Shown here: positions 1 through 10,277 of the stretch, in pieces | Layout: each line of letters opens with the position of its first letter | Numbering within the stretch: the first letter of the stretch is position 1 | From: Elusimicrobiota bacterium | GTDB taxonomy: Bacteria; Elusimicrobiota; Elusimicrobia; Elusimicrobiales; UBA9959 | Assembly (NCBI GenBank): GCA_037137395.1 | Contig: JBAXKK010000016.1 | Location: forward strand, 1-38,198 | Reading direction: 5' to 3' | DNA: 38,198 bases | Translations under genes and position numbers: made by a program | The notes under the pieces: generated by a model | The model's database searches: none | What the model saw: only the letters and a program-made list of their open reading frames with translations | What the model was told of the DNA's origin: nothing

Positions 1-2
1 CG

Positions 3-491
3 CCTCCGGGCCTGCTTACCTGGAACCATATACAGTTTAAAATCCCCGTTTTCGGATCTCTGATAAAGAATATGCAGACGGAGCGGCTGCTCACGACTAT
101 GTCTACGCTGATTCGTTCCGGCGTCAGCATTCTTAACGCCGTTTCGGTGCTGGAGGGCGCCTTTAAGAAAAACCTCATTTACCAGAACGCGCTTAAAAAA
201 GCCAAAAACGATATAGCCAGCGGACGCTCAATCTCCGAGTCTTTTAAAAAGACAGGAATTTTCCCCAGCCTGGTAACCGAAATGATGTGGATGGGTGAAG
301 AATCCGGAAAACTGCCTGATATTATCGTGGTGCTTTCCAAATATTATCAGGAACAGATCGATCAGTGGATTCGGCGGTTTTCTTCAATGATCGACCCGAT
401 TCTTGTGGTGGGGATCGGTGCTGTTATCGGCGTCATTGTCACATCTATTTTCATGCCTATCTTTCAGCTGTCACAGATTGGAGCGAAGTAA
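3..491 (+). CDS. pilC: Type IV pilus/T2SS inner-membrane platform protein (PilC/GspF family), C-terminal part; 5' end lies outside the window
   Basis: Frame is open from base 3 (PPGLLTWNHIQFKIPVFGSLIKNM...). It contains T2SSF motifs LIRSGVSIL, GRSISESF, EMMWMGEESGKL and IDPILVV...IFMPIFQL, and is followed by pilins. Confidence 0.92.
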   Translation, partial: PPGLLTWNHIQFKIPVFGSLIKNMQTERLLTTMSTLIRSGVSILNAVSVLEGAFKKNLIYQNALKKAKNDIASGRSISESFKKTGIFPSLVTEMMWMGEESGKLPDIIVVLSKYYQEQIDQWIRRFSSMIDPILVVGIGAVIGVIVTSIFMPIFQLSQIGAK

Positions 492-493
492 GA

Positions 494-544
494 TGTCGCG
501 CAAGTTGATGTGCCGGTGATTGTCAGTTTGAATAATGCGCGACA
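494..544. repeat. 9-bp perfect inverted repeat between pilC and the first pilin
   Basis: TGTCGCGCA (494-502) and TGCGCGACA (536-544) with a 33-nt spacer; no U-tract. Confidence 0.55.
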
Positions 545-562
545 CTGAGTTACGGGAGAGCT

Positions 563-1042
563 ATGAACAAGGACAGAAAAGGCTTTACCCTTATTGAACT
601 TGTGATTGTTACCGTTATTATGGGAATCCTGGCATCCATGGGACTTCCGTATTATCTGAAGACGGTTGAGGTTTCAAAGGCCAGCGACGCTTTATCTATC
701 GGTCACATGCTTGCCAATTCCTACCGGATGTATCTTGTTGACAACCCTAATTTGCCTTTAACCGGCGTTGTGACCAATACGTGCAACACCGGCGTCTGCG
801 ACACATCCGCGACAGACGCCTGCAGGCTGGTAAGATGTAATTATGTGGCAAGGCAGGATTGGGACGCCGGCGCGTACAGTTATTCTGTCGGCACCGCCGC
901 CGATATCGCGGCTAACGTTTCACGCAAGTCTGGCGCAAGCCCCGGCACAGACAGCACTCCTTATACCAGCTGGGGGTATAATTTCAGCACCTCAGGCGGC
1001 TGCGCGGTCGTCGGTGACGCTCCGTCCTGCCCTAGTTTCTAA
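563..1042 (+). CDS. Type IV pilin (PilE/PilA-like), 6 Cys
   Basis: Class III signal KG|FTLIELVIVTVIMGILASMGLP; GGGAGAG RBS upstream. Confidence 0.9.
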   Translation: MNKDRKGFTLIELVIVTVIMGILASMGLPYYLKTVEVSKASDALSIGHMLANSYRMYLVDNPNLPLTGVVTNTCNTGVCDTSATDACRLVRCNYVARQDWDAGAYSYSVGTAADIAANVSRKSGASPGTDSTPYTSWGYNFSTSGGCAVVGDAPSCPSF

Positions 1043-1084
1043 GCGTGACCCTTTCTGGAGAATCTAATCCTAGGCTGGGATAAT

Positions 1085-1546
1085 ATGTTTAAGGCTCGTG
1101 CAAAAAGGCCAGGCCAGACTTTAATCGAGGTCGCTATCGCCACCATGATAGCTGCCATGACCACCGTCGCCGTATTTTCAGTGGTTCTTTCAAGCTTCGT
1201 CTCCCAGAAGAAAGCCGATAAGAAGGAACTGGCTGCCATGCTTCTAAAAGAAGCGCAGCAAACCCTGCAGACTTTTGTCAGCGCCGTTCCCAGCGATGTC
1301 AATTATTCCCCTAATGATGGAGGCTGGTGGTTGGCGGATTCACTGTGCCCCGCCTGGGCTCTGCGCGCCGGCCAGCATGACATCTCATCGCTGATGCTCG
1401 CCGATCTCCGGACGGACCCCGCCGTGCCCTGTGTGGCGGGGGGGTCATGTTATTTTGTGTATACGGTAACGGACGCCGATTGCGGCTTTGGCGTCGGCAA
1501 TAACGCCTGTAAGACGGTGAGCTTTGACATGAAGTACGCGGATTAA
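1085..1546 (+). CDS. Minor pilin/pseudopilin (PilV/GspI-like)
   Basis: RPG|QTLIEVAIATMIAAM prepilin motif with E5; lies within the pilin cluster. Confidence 0.82.
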   Translation: MFKARAKRPGQTLIEVAIATMIAAMTTVAVFSVVLSSFVSQKKADKKELAAMLLKEAQQTLQTFVSAVPSDVNYSPNDGGWWLADSLCPAWALRAGQHDISSLMLADLRTDPAVPCVAGGSCYFVYTVTDADCGFGVGNNACKTVSFDMKYAD

Positions 1547-1548
1547 AC

Positions 1549-2268
1549 ATGGTATTTAAATTTAGAAAAGGGTTCACACTGGCGGAACTGGTCATCGCGA
1601 CCCTTATTTTCGGGTTCATGATAATCTCGCTGGCGCTTATCTACTCCTCAGCCAACAAGCACCTGTTCCAGAACTACCGGATGAACACCTTCAAATCCAA
1701 CGCCTCAATCGCGATGAAAACTATCACCGCCAGACTACAGGAGGCTAATAGGATAGACGCGCCCGGATTTAACGCTTCAGGGGCCATTCTTGCTTTTGCC
1801 GTTAATATCGACCAAATGAGCGGTTGCTATCCCGTAAATCCCGCGGAGCCGGCCAGCTGGCATTATTTTTGTCACGCCCCCGCCATTACGGCAGAGTGCC
1901 CTTCGGGGAGTTGCCTGTATTATCATACTGGCACGATCATCGCCCCGGCGGGAAATAGTTGTCCTAATGGTCCGACATTATGGACGGCGACGGACTATCC
2001 TGTTCCGGCCTGCGGAGGCCCCTACGGCACCGTCACGCTGCTGTCTTCGGACATCTTTCCCAGAGCTACCCCCGAATTATTCTCCCGCCGCAGCATTGAC
2101 GGCATCTCCGGAAGCGCCCTCGTTAATATCAGCCTGCGTGTACGCTGGGACCCGACCATCAATAATGCCGCGGGTCGCGATTTCCGCACCACGGACAAGC
2201 TTATTGATACCACCCTTAACACTACTGTCAGGGTAAACCGAGCCGGTTTGTTCGGATCAGGTTTTTAG
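1549..2268 (+). CDS. Minor pilin/pseudopilin (PilW/GspJ-like), 6 Cys
   Basis: RKG|FTLAELVIATLIFGF prepilin motif; size and order match PilW. Confidence 0.85.
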   Translation: MVFKFRKGFTLAELVIATLIFGFMIISLALIYSSANKHLFQNYRMNTFKSNASIAMKTITARLQEANRIDAPGFNASGAILAFAVNIDQMSGCYPVNPAEPASWHYFCHAPAITAECPSGSCLYYHTGTIIAPAGNSCPNGPTLWTATDYPVPACGGPYGTVTLLSSDIFPRATPELFSRRSIDGISGSALVNISLRVRWDPTINNAAGRDFRTTDKLIDTTLNTTVRVNRAGLFGSGF

Positions 2269-2281
2269 GAAAAGATATTTT

Positions 2282-2578
2282 ATGAAATTACGGCTGCACT
2301 GGAAAAAAGGCGCGATACTTCTGCAGACCCTGGTCATGTCTGTTATCCTTTCCATGATATCAGTGATGATCCTCAAATGGATCATGGCCAGGTATATTAT
2401 CGTGGCCCGTATACAGCAAAGCGCTAAAAACACCGGCAACGCGCAAGGTTATGCCGCGTTGAACGTAAAGACTTGGACTACGCCGGCCAACGCGAGCACG
2501 ACCATGGATCTTAAATCAGTCTCATTTCAGCAGGTGTCCACCGGAAAATTCGTAACCACGGTAACCGACGAGTATTAG
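2282..2578 (+). CDS. Very short PilX/GspK-like minor pilin
   Basis: KKG|AILLQTLVMSVILSMI: prepilin cleavage site without E5, typical of PilX/GspK; last gene of the V-W-X series. Confidence 0.7.
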   Translation: MKLRLHWKKGAILLQTLVMSVILSMISVMILKWIMARYIIVARIQQSAKNTGNAQGYAALNVKTWTTPANASTTMDLKSVSFQQVSTGKFVTTVTDEY

Positions 2579-2665
2579 CCGGCTCGTCCGGCAGCGATGA
2601 TCAGGGCTGGGCTCGTTCATGCGTGCAGGCAAAAACTGTCAGGGCTGATCCTCATCATCTACAAC

Positions 2666-3574
2666 ATGTCCGCTACGCTTTTAATGATCCTGTGTTCAGC
2701 TCTGAATCTGGCGGCCGCAGAGCCGGCTGCCGTTTCCTCCACCACCACCTGGCATGTCAAAAGTTCCCCGCATTTTGAAATATATCACGAAGCTGACTGG
2801 TCCCCCGGCTCCATATCGCTTGAGCTGGAGCGTCTTTACGGCAAGCTTCGTCTCAGCGTTTCAATGTTCGCCCCCTGGATGGTGAAAGAAAAAACCAAGA
2901 TATATATCTATAGGAACCAGGACTCCTATCTTAGGGGGGAATTTAAACCGCCGAAATGGTCCAAGGGTCTGGCGTATTTTTTTCAAAAAACAGTGGTGGT
3001 GTTCGATTCCGGAGACATCGTGAAATTGCGGGCCGCCGCATCGCATGAACTCTCGCATCTCTATTTTGAAAGTTTTTATGGGGAATACCTGAAGTATCCG
3101 CCCCAGTGGCTCAACGAGGGCCTGGCCGTTCTCATGGAAGATATGTCATACCCCGAAGAGGGGCCCTGGACTCAGGCTCTTAAGTACTTTCCCAGGGAAA
3201 GGGTTCTGCCGTTGGATGATTTTTTCAGGATCAGGATAGACCAACTGGGATCCGACGAACAGATAGGCTACTGGTATCTGGAGTCTTTTGGAGTGGTTTC
3301 GTATCTTTTCAGGCCGCGCACGCGGCTGCAGTTTGTTAATTTCTGTTCGCTGCTGCGCAAGGGCGAACCATTGGAAGCGGCACTTTGGAAATCATACCGG
3401 CTGAGCGGACCGGCCGGCATGGAGCGTTCCTGGAGGGAATGGATCCGAACTTACGGAAGTAAAAATAATCAGACTTTTTCAGGCGCTTCCTCCGCGGACA
3501 AATTTAGTTTTAAACCGATACAATTCTCATCTTTTACCCTCACCAATTTTAACTCCACACGCACCAGCCGCTGA
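2666..3574 (+). CDS. Secreted zinc metallopeptidase (gluzincin, peptidase MA-like)
   Basis: HELSH followed by PQWLNEGLA (third ligand Glu). Starting at ATG 2666 gives the signal peptide MSATLLMILCSALNLAAA; the ORF-track start at 2597 is probably too long. Confidence 0.8.
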   Translation: MSATLLMILCSALNLAAAEPAAVSSTTTWHVKSSPHFEIYHEADWSPGSISLELERLYGKLRLSVSMFAPWMVKEKTKIYIYRNQDSYLRGEFKPPKWSKGLAYFFQKTVVVFDSGDIVKLRAAASHELSHLYFESFYGEYLKYPPQWLNEGLAVLMEDMSYPEEGPWTQALKYFPRERVLPLDDFFRIRIDQLGSDEQIGYWYLESFGVVSYLFRPRTRLQFVNFCSLLRKGEPLEAALWKSYRLSGPAGMERSWREWIRTYGSKNNQTFSGASSADKFSFKPIQFSSFTLTNFNSTRTSR

Positions 3575-3621
3575 CCCATAAACTAAAAATGCCCGGTCGC
3601 TTTCGGCAAGGATGAGCATCC

Positions 3622-6435
3622 TTAACCCTTGCTTCTTGCTCCCAGGTGCTCTTTAAGATAAAAACCCGTATGTGAGCCGGCTGTTTTGACTATGCCGGGG
3701 GTGGCGCCGGCATAGATAAGCTCACCGCCAGCGGAGCCTCCGTCGGGGCCAAGTTCGATGATCCAATCGGAAGAAGCTATCACATCTAGATTGTGCTCTA
3801 TGACCAGGACAGTATTCCCCTGGTCGGCCAAGCGGTGCAGGACTTTTAGGAGTTTTTCCACGTCGGCAAAATGGAGGCCGGTCGTAGGCTCGTCCAGGAT
3901 GAAAAGCGTCCGGCCGGTGGAGCGTTTTGCCAGCTGTTCGGCCAACTTCATACGCTGAGCCTCTCCTCCCGAAAGAGTTGTGGCGCTCTGGCCGAGTTTG
4001 ATATAACCAAGGCCCACTTCGCGCATAGTAAAAAGAACTTTGGTTATCTGCGGGATCTCGGAAAAATGGACGGCGGCCTCCTCGGCCGACATGTCCAGGA
4101 TCTCCGCGATATTTTTCCCTTTGAATTTAACTTCCAAAGTGTCTTCGTTAAAGCGAAGGCCGTGGCATTCCTCACATTTAACATAGATATCCGGGAGGAA
4201 CTGCATCTGGATTTTTATGGTCCCGTCTCCCTGGCAGGCCTCGCAGCGTCCGCCCTTAACATTAAAAGAGAATCGGCCCGGCTCATAGCCGCGGCGCTTG
4301 GCTTCAGGGAGGCGGGAGAAGATATCCCGGATGTGGTTGAACACTCCTGTGTAGGTGGCGGGGTTGGAGCGGGGCGTACGGCCTATAGGCGACTGGTCTA
4401 CGATTATGACCTTGTCTATATTATCTTCGCCTCGCATACTCTTGAAGCGCCCGGGGTTTTCCTTTGAGTTGTAAAGTTTTCTGGACAGCGCTTTGTATAT
4501 GATCTCGTATAATAGCGTGGATTTTCCGGAACCGGACACGCCGCACAACGTCACGAAAAGTCCAAGGGGAATCTTGACGTCTATACCCTTCAGATTGAAC
4601 TGTTCCGCCTTTGTGAATTCCAGCCAGCCTTTAGCCGGTTTGCGCAGCGGATGACTGATGGACACTGTTTTATCGCCCCTCAGGAAAGCCCCTGTTATGG
4701 ATTTTTTATTCTTGAGTATCGCGGGTAGGTCCCCTTGGGCGATAACATAGCCGCCGGCAAGTCCAGCGCCCGGACCGAGGTCCACGATATGGTCCGCGTT
4801 TCGGATGACCGCCTCATCATGCTCCACGACTATAAGAGTGTTACCCAGGTCGCGCAGCGCTTTAAGAGTGGTTATAAGTTTGGCGTTGTCGCGCTGATGC
4901 AGTCCTATGGTGGGCTCGTCCAGCACGTAAAGAACGCCGGTCAGGCCGCTGCCTATCTGGGTGGCCAGCTGAATACGCTGGGCTTCGCCCCCGGAAAGAG
5001 TTTCTGAGCGGCGTTCCAGAGAAATATAGCCCAAGCCGACATTTGTAAGAAAGCTGAGCCGGGAATTTATTTCTTTAAGTATCAGCCTGGCGATAGTACG
5101 GTCCTTTTCGCTCAGGGATAATCCGGACACAAATTCCTTGATCTCTGAAATAGGCATGCTTGAGACCTGAACTATGTTTCGCTCGCCCACCAGCACGTGC
5201 AGGCCCTCGGGTTTAAGCCGCAGGCCTTTACAGGTGCCGCAGGTGACTTCGTGCATGAATTTGCGGTAGATCTCTTCCTTCACGAAATCAGATTCCGTAT
5301 CGGTATACCGGCGCTTGAGGTTGGTGATTACTCCTTCAAACCCTCCGTCCGGTTCGCCGCGCAGAATTATCTCACGGGCCTCTTTCGTCAGGTCGCGCCA
5401 TGGCTTATCCGGGGAAATATGATTTCTCCTGGCCGCGTCAATTATCATCTCCATGTAATAGCCCGACCAGGAATTCTTCCAGCGGTGCGTGCGGGTCGTG
5501 ACCGGGTTAGACCAGGCCTCTATGGCTCCGCCGTTTATGGATTTGGCGGCGTCGGGGACCACCAGATCCGTGTCTATTTCAATTTTAACTCCGAGGCCGC
5601 CGCATTCCGGGCAGGCGCCGAAGGGAGAATTAAATGAGAAGAGCCGGGGTTCCAATTCGGGAAAACTGATGCCGCACGACGGACAGGCGTTCTTCTCGCT
5701 GTAAAGGGCGGGGGCTTTATCTGCGGTGCCGGATTCCACCGCTACCAATCCCCGGCTCTGGGCCAGGGCCAGCTCCACAGCCTCCGTGAGCCGCTCCTTT
5801 TCGTCGCCGGCGGTCATTTCGTCCACGAATAGCTCTATGTTATGCTTAACATAGCGGTCCAGCTTCGGAACCGAATCCAGGTCAAAAAGCTTCCCGTCTA
5901 CACGGATTTTAATAAATCCATTTTTTTTAAATTTAGCGAATAATTCCTCATAGGTGCCTTTGCGGCCGCTGATCAGCGGAGCGAGAATCTTTATTTTTTT
6001 GCCGGAATATTTTGAGCATATCTCCGCGACTATTCCTTGTGCCGACCAGGCTTTTATGGGACGGCCGCATTGGTGGCAGAACGGCGATCCGACTTTGGCA
6101 TAAAGGAGACGCAGATAGTCGTAAATCTCGGTAACGGTTCCCACGGTGGAGCGCGGATTTTTTGAGGGGGTGTGCTGCTGGATAGCGATGGCGGGCGAAA
6201 GACCTTCGATAGATTCCACGTCGGGCTTTTCCATCTGCTCAAGGAACTGTCTGGCGTAGGCCGACAAGCTTTCCATATAGCGGCGCTGGCCTTCAGCGTA
6301 GATAGTGTCGAAAGCCAGGCTGGATTTGCCCGATCCCGAGAGTCCGGTCAGCACTACCAGTTTGTTCTTCGGTAGCTCTATGGTGATATCTTTAAGGTTG
6401 TGCGCTTTCGCGCCGGTTATTTTAATTTTATCCAT
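3622..6435 (-). CDS. uvrA: Excinuclease ABC subunit A
   Basis: Two ABC ATPase halves ([26 protein letters not shown] twice, LDEPT twice), zinc fingers and AEGQRRY motif. Confidence 0.99.
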   Translation of the reverse strand: MDKIKITGAKAHNLKDITIELPKNKLVVLTGLSGSGKSSLAFDTIYAEGQRRYMESLSAYARQFLEQMEKPDVESIEGLSPAIAIQQHTPSKNPRSTVGTVTEIYDYLRLLYAKVGSPFCHQCGRPIKAWSAQGIVAEICSKYSGKKIKILAPLISGRKGTYEELFAKFKKNGFIKIRVDGKLFDLDSVPKLDRYVKHNIELFVDEMTAGDEKERLTEAVELALAQSRGLVAVESGTADKAPALYSEKNACPSCGISFPELEPRLFSFNSPFGACPECGGLGVKIEIDTDLVVPDAAKSINGGAIEAWSNPVTTRTHRWKNSWSGYYMEMIIDAARRNHISPDKPWRDLTKEAREIILRGEPDGGFEGVITNLKRRYTDTESDFVKEEIYRKFMHEVTCGTCKGLRLKPEGLHVLVGERNIVQVSSMPISEIKEFVSGLSLSEKDRTIARLILKEINSRLSFLTNVGLGYISLERRSETLSGGEAQRIQLATQIGSGLTGVLYVLDEPTIGLHQRDNAKLITTLKALRDLGNTLIVVEHDEAVIRNADHIVDLGPGAGLAGGYVIAQGDLPAILKNKKSITGAFLRGDKTVSISHPLRKPAKGWLEFTKAEQFNLKGIDVKIPLGLFVTLCGVSGSGKSTLLYEIIYKALSRKLYNSKENPGRFKSMRGEDNIDKVIIVDQSPIGRTPRSNPATYTGVFNHIRDIFSRLPEAKRRGYEPGRFSFNVKGGRCEACQGDGTIKIQMQFLPDIYVKCEECHGLRFNEDTLEVKFKGKNIAEILDMSAEEAAVHFSEIPQITKVLFTMREVGLGYIKLGQSATTLSGGEAQRMKLAEQLAKRSTGRTLFILDEPTTGLHFADVEKLLKVLHRLADQGNTVLVIEHNLDVIASSDWIIELGPDGGSAGGELIYAGATPGIVKTAGSHTGFYLKEHLGARSKG

Positions 6436-6438
6436 AAA

Positions 6439-6473
6439 GTCTACACCCTAACGCCTAAACCCTGAACCCTCCA
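6439..6473. repeat. Period-7 degenerate tandem repeat spanning the nadB stop and the uvrA initiation region
   Basis: GTCTACA CCCTAAC GCCTAAA CCCTGAA CCCTCCA. Confidence 0.65.
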
Positions 6474-8070
6474 CATCGTATCTGTCCACTTTTGTGTTCG
6501 CGGCGAAATTTTCTTCAGTCTGCGGATAGTTGATGTTAAAATGTAGCCCGCGGGATTCCCTGCGCTCCGTCGCGGAACGTATAATGGCTTCTGCCAGGCA
6601 GGCTATGTTGCGCAACTCCAGCAGGTCCCGGGTGAGCAGGAAATCCCAGTAATATTTGGCGATTTCCTCCGTTATGATTCTTATGCGGGCTTTGGCGCGC
6701 TCCAGGCGCTTGTCGCTGCGCACGATGCCCACATAATTCCACATAAGCGTGCGCACCTCATCCCAATTATGGGTTATCATTACTGCTTCGTCCGAATGCC
6801 GCGCGTTGCCGTAATTCCACACCTCAGCCTTGGCGGGACTTTTAGCGGTTTTCTTTCCTGAGATTCCGCATATTGAGACCGCGGCGCGCCGGGCGAAGAC
6901 GCATGCTTCAAGGAGGGAGTTTGAAGCCAGGCGGTTTGCCCCGTGCAGGCCCGTGTGGGCCACTTCCCCCACGGCGTACAGGCCCGGCAGAGCGGTCCGT
7001 CCCCATTCGTCGGCTTCGATCCCTCCGCAGAAGAAGTGCGCAGCGGGCACTACGGGTATCGGGTCTTTGGTTATGTCGATACCGAAGGACATACATTTTT
7101 TATAAATATTAGGAAAACGTTTCTTTATAAACGCGGCCGGGCGGGCGGTGATGTCCAGATACACGCATTCCGCTCCGCTCTTTTTAAGTTCGCTGTCTAT
7201 CGCGCGGGCCACGATATCCCGCGGCGCCAGCTCTCTCCTGATGTCGTAAGCTGCCATGAAAGGTTTGCCGTCGGGGCTTCGCAGTATTGCGCCCTCACCG
7301 CGCACAGCTTCAGAGATAAGGAAGGATTTAGCCTTGGGATGGTAAAGGCAGGTAGGATGGAACTGGACGAATTCCATATTGATGAGCCTGAGCCCCGCCC
7401 GATAGGCCATGGCCATGCCATCCCCAGTGGCGGTGTCGGGGTTGGAGGTGTAAAGATATACTTTACCGGCCCCGCCCGAGGCCAGAACCGTTGTCGAAGC
7501 CAGAAAGCTGTGTATGACGCCGGTATGCTCTTCCAGCACGTAAGCTCCCCTGGCCGCGTTGCGCTCCGGCCTGACGCCTGCCGGACGGGAGTCCAGTATC
7601 AGGTCTACGGCGGCGTGATTCTCGTAAAAATGTATTTTTTTATTCGCCCGGCATATCTGCAACAGAGCAGATTCAATCTCGTGTCCGGTGGAGTCGGCGG
7701 CGTGGAGTATTCGGCGCCTGGAATGTCCGCCTTCCAGGCCGAGTTCAAAATCTGAGCCTTTCTTGGTAAAACGCACTCCAAATTTCACGAGCTCCTTAAC
7801 TCTTTCGGGGCCTTCACGCACAGCAATTTCCACTATATGCCGGTCGGCCAGGCCGGAGCCGGTTTTTAAGGTATCGTTGATATGAAGAATCGCGGCGTCG
7901 TCTTTGCCGGTTACGGCCGCGATGCCTCCTTGGGCTAGATCGGTGTTGGATACTTGAGCCCCGCGTTTAGAGACAAGGCTTACCGTGCCCGAGCGGGAAA
8001 GCCGATAGGCCGTCAGGAGGCCGGCCAGACCGGTTCCGATAACCAGAAAATCCGATTTATAAATGGACAT
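6448..8070 (-). CDS. nadB: L-aspartate oxidase
   Basis: FAD motif [63 protein letters not shown] and RESRGLH. Confidence 0.98.
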   Translation of the reverse strand: MSIYKSDFLVIGTGLAGLLTAYRLSRSGTVSLVSKRGAQVSNTDLAQGGIAAVTGKDDAAILHINDTLKTGSGLADRHIVEIAVREGPERVKELVKFGVRFTKKGSDFELGLEGGHSRRRILHAADSTGHEIESALLQICRANKKIHFYENHAAVDLILDSRPAGVRPERNAARGAYVLEEHTGVIHSFLASTTVLASGGAGKVYLYTSNPDTATGDGMAMAYRAGLRLINMEFVQFHPTCLYHPKAKSFLISEAVRGEGAILRSPDGKPFMAAYDIRRELAPRDIVARAIDSELKKSGAECVYLDITARPAAFIKKRFPNIYKKCMSFGIDITKDPIPVVPAAHFFCGGIEADEWGRTALPGLYAVGEVAHTGLHGANRLASNSLLEACVFARRAAVSICGISGKKTAKSPAKAEVWNYGNARHSDEAVMITHNWDEVRTLMWNYVGIVRSDKRLERAKARIRIITEEIAKYYWDFLLTRDLLELRNIACLAEAIIRSATERRESRGLHFNINYPQTEENFAANTKVDRYDVEGSGFRR

Positions 8071-8276
8071 TTCTCTTTTCTTATCCGTTTGAAAGTTTTA
8101 GAATATAGACAAGGCGAATGTTGCTATGTGTATATTTTACAATACTTGCCCCGCTCTTTTGGCCGCGCAGTAAACGATTCAGGGGCTGGGCATCGATTAG
8201 AGAATGACCCTCTGATCCAAAAAGCGGTGTTTCCCAAACCGCAATACTTGCGGGCGGCGGGGGCGTAAATATTAAA

Positions 8277-9341
8277 ATGATCAACTGGAAGAAAAAAATA
8301 TTCATCTACGCTCCGATAGCGCTTTCGCTGGTCATATTGACCTCCCTTGTTTACCCCAATTTGGCCCCGCTGGCCGCGACCCTTAAAACCGCCCATCCCG
8401 GATTTCTTTGTCTGGCGTTTTTTTTCGCGTGCATGAGCTATCTTTTTATGGGGTTTTCGCTTTGGGAGGTTCTCAAGATACTCGGCCACCGGCTGCCGTT
8501 TTGGGAAACGACCGGTGTAGCTTTTGTGTCAACAACGGTGAATTATTTCGTGTCTTCCGGGGGCGTCAGCGGCTTCGCCACCCGCGCTCATCTGCTGAGC
8601 AAGCGCAAAATACCCTATGGTATAAGCGTCACATCCTCGGTGGTTATAAGCGTTTTTGTTTATCTGGTCCTGTCCATTATTATTGTGGAGGGAATGGTTC
8701 TTCAGTTGCTGAAGACCGATCAGCTCGGTACAAAGTTCTTTGAAGGAATCGCGGGAGTCCTGTTCGTACTGTCCTTCGCCTTCGTTCTTGTTTTGATGTT
8801 TTTTCATCATGAGCTGCGGTCGGCATGGGCGCGGAAAATCTATCACGCCGTCAATCATCTGCTTTTCTTCTTTTCCAAAAAAGAGATTCCCGAAGAAACT
8901 TTTAATGAATTTGAGTCCCAGCTCTCGGCCGGAATCCAGACCATACATTCACGCAAATATGAATTGCCGCTGGTTCTGGGCTATGTCTGCCTGGACTGGA
9001 TATGCAATATTTTTATATTAAATTTCGCTTTCCGCGCGGTTGGCGTGAATATGGGTTCCACAAAGCTCATCATCGGTTTCGCCTTCGGCCAGCTTATGAC
9101 GGTAATCCCGCTGCTGCCGGGCGGACTCGGGGCAATGGAGGCTGCCATGACGGCGGTTTACTCTCAGATGGGCGTATCTATCGGCCAGGCCCTGGCTGCC
9201 ACGCTCATCTTCAGGTTCCTTTATTACCTTGTCCCGTCGTTCGCCAGCATATTTGTTTATTGGGGACTCAAAATGTCAGAGTCCAGACACCATGGCCGAC
9301 CCGCCGGCGACGGCGCCAGCGGTTCACAACGGAATATATGA
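8277..9341 (+). CDS. UPF0104 / lysylphosphatidylglycerol-synthase-TM (flippase-like) membrane protein
   Basis: Multiple TM helices; NYFVSSGGVSG, PLLPGGLGAMEAAM and LIFRFLYY motifs. Confidence 0.85.
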   Translation: MINWKKKIFIYAPIALSLVILTSLVYPNLAPLAATLKTAHPGFLCLAFFFACMSYLFMGFSLWEVLKILGHRLPFWETTGVAFVSTTVNYFVSSGGVSGFATRAHLLSKRKIPYGISVTSSVVISVFVYLVLSIIIVEGMVLQLLKTDQLGTKFFEGIAGVLFVLSFAFVLVLMFFHHELRSAWARKIYHAVNHLLFFFSKKEIPEETFNEFESQLSAGIQTIHSRKYELPLVLGYVCLDWICNIFILNFAFRAVGVNMGSTKLIIGFAFGQLMTVIPLLPGGLGAMEAAMTAVYSQMGVSIGQALAATLIFRFLYYLVPSFASIFVYWGLKMSESRHHGRPAGDGASGSQRNI

Positions 9342-9859
9342 AGGAAAAGTTTATGCAGTTTGAACCGCAGGTCGCCCCGGACGCCTGGGTGCACGCTTTG
9401 GCTTCGGTGATAGGACAGGTAAGGCTTGACGCCTTGGTATCGGTGTGGCCCGGAGCCGTGGTGCGGGGGGACGTAGACGTCATAGAGATCGGGGAAGCCT
9501 GCAATATACAGGATCTGGCCGTGCTTCATCCTAATCGCGCTAAGCCGGTAATACTCGGCAAGGGCGTGACCGTAGGGCACGGCGCGGTGATACACGGCTC
9601 GCGCGTTGGAGATCATTGCCTGATAGGCATGGGTGCTATAGTTATTGATTCTCAGATAGGGGAACTCTCGCTGATCGGCGCCGGCGCCGTAGTAACCCCC
9701 GGCTCGGTTATCCCGCCAGGCAGCATGGTGCTCGGCATGCCGGGAAAAGTAGTGCGATCGTTAAACGAAAAGGAAAAAGCTTCCTTGATAAAATCTAAAG
9801 AAGATTATTTAGAACTCGCCCGGCATTACAGAAGGCAGACCGGACAATCTGAGGGATAG
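9338..9859 (+). CDS. Gamma-class carbonic anhydrase family protein (CaiE/YrdA-like)
   Basis: Hexapeptide repeats, VRGD, NIQD..VLH and GHGAVIHG (three His ligands). ATG 9338 overlaps the upstream TGA (ATGA); the ORF-track start at 9002 is spurious. Confidence 0.92.
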   Translation: MKEKFMQFEPQVAPDAWVHALASVIGQVRLDALVSVWPGAVVRGDVDVIEIGEACNIQDLAVLHPNRAKPVILGKGVTVGHGAVIHGSRVGDHCLIGMGAIVIDSQIGELSLIGAGAVVTPGSVIPPGSMVLGMPGKVVRSLNEKEKASLIKSKEDYLELARHYRRQTGQSEG

Positions 9860-9862
9860 AAG

Positions 9863-10267
9863 ATGGCGCAATCAGGCAAGACCAGAATACTGATCGTTGA
9901 AGACAGCAAGAATACCTCAGGCGTTCTCAAGGAAGTGCTTGAGAGCGAGGGCTATGTCGTGTGCCTGGCCGGAGACGGGGTGGCCGGAATAGCCATGGCC
10001 CGCCGCGAAAAACCGGACCTTATACTCCTGGACCTGCTGCTTCCCAAACTTAACGGCTATGAAGTCTGTAACAGTATAAAGCGGGACAACCTGACGCGGC
10101 ATATCCCGATCCTTGTTATCTCCACCATGGACAGCCCTGAAAGCCTGGAAAAGATAAAGTTTTGCGGCGCTCAGAATTTCATGAAAAAGCCCTATAACCT
10201 GGACGACCTCCTGAGTGAGATAAAGCGCCTGTTGGTCTTGCCCCGCGCCTCCGGTTCAGCGGATTAG
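9863..10267 (+). CDS. Single-domain response regulator (CheY-like receiver)
   Basis: ILIVEDS, PDLILLDLLLP and MKKPY motifs; no output domain. Confidence 0.93.
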   Translation: MAQSGKTRILIVEDSKNTSGVLKEVLESEGYVVCLAGDGVAGIAMARREKPDLILLDLLLPKLNGYEVCNSIKRDNLTRHIPILVISTMDSPESLEKIKFCGAQNFMKKPYNLDDLLSEIKRLLVLPRASGSAD

Positions 10268-10277
10268 GCGGCAGACA

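Noticed and set aside
3575..3621. Intrinsic terminator between the convergent peptidase and uvrA genes
   Set aside because: Only weak 4-5 bp stems; not convincing.
6436..6447. SOS (LexA) box upstream of uvrA
   Set aside because: The spacer is only 12 nt and I see no known LexA palindrome there or upstream of nadB.
6943..7755. 270-aa plus-strand ORF (and similar ORFs opposite uvrA, kdsB, hldA, lpxK, secF)
   Set aside because: Antisense to clearly identified conserved genes; no independent evidence.
8081..8305. 74-aa and 121-aa minus-strand ORFs upstream of nadB
   Set aside because: They overlap the start of the flippase-like gene and show no protein-like motifs.
9002..9337. N-terminal extension of the gamma-CA ORF
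   Set aside because: Overlaps the flippase-like gene in another frame; ATG 9338 gives an ATGA overlap and a normal length.
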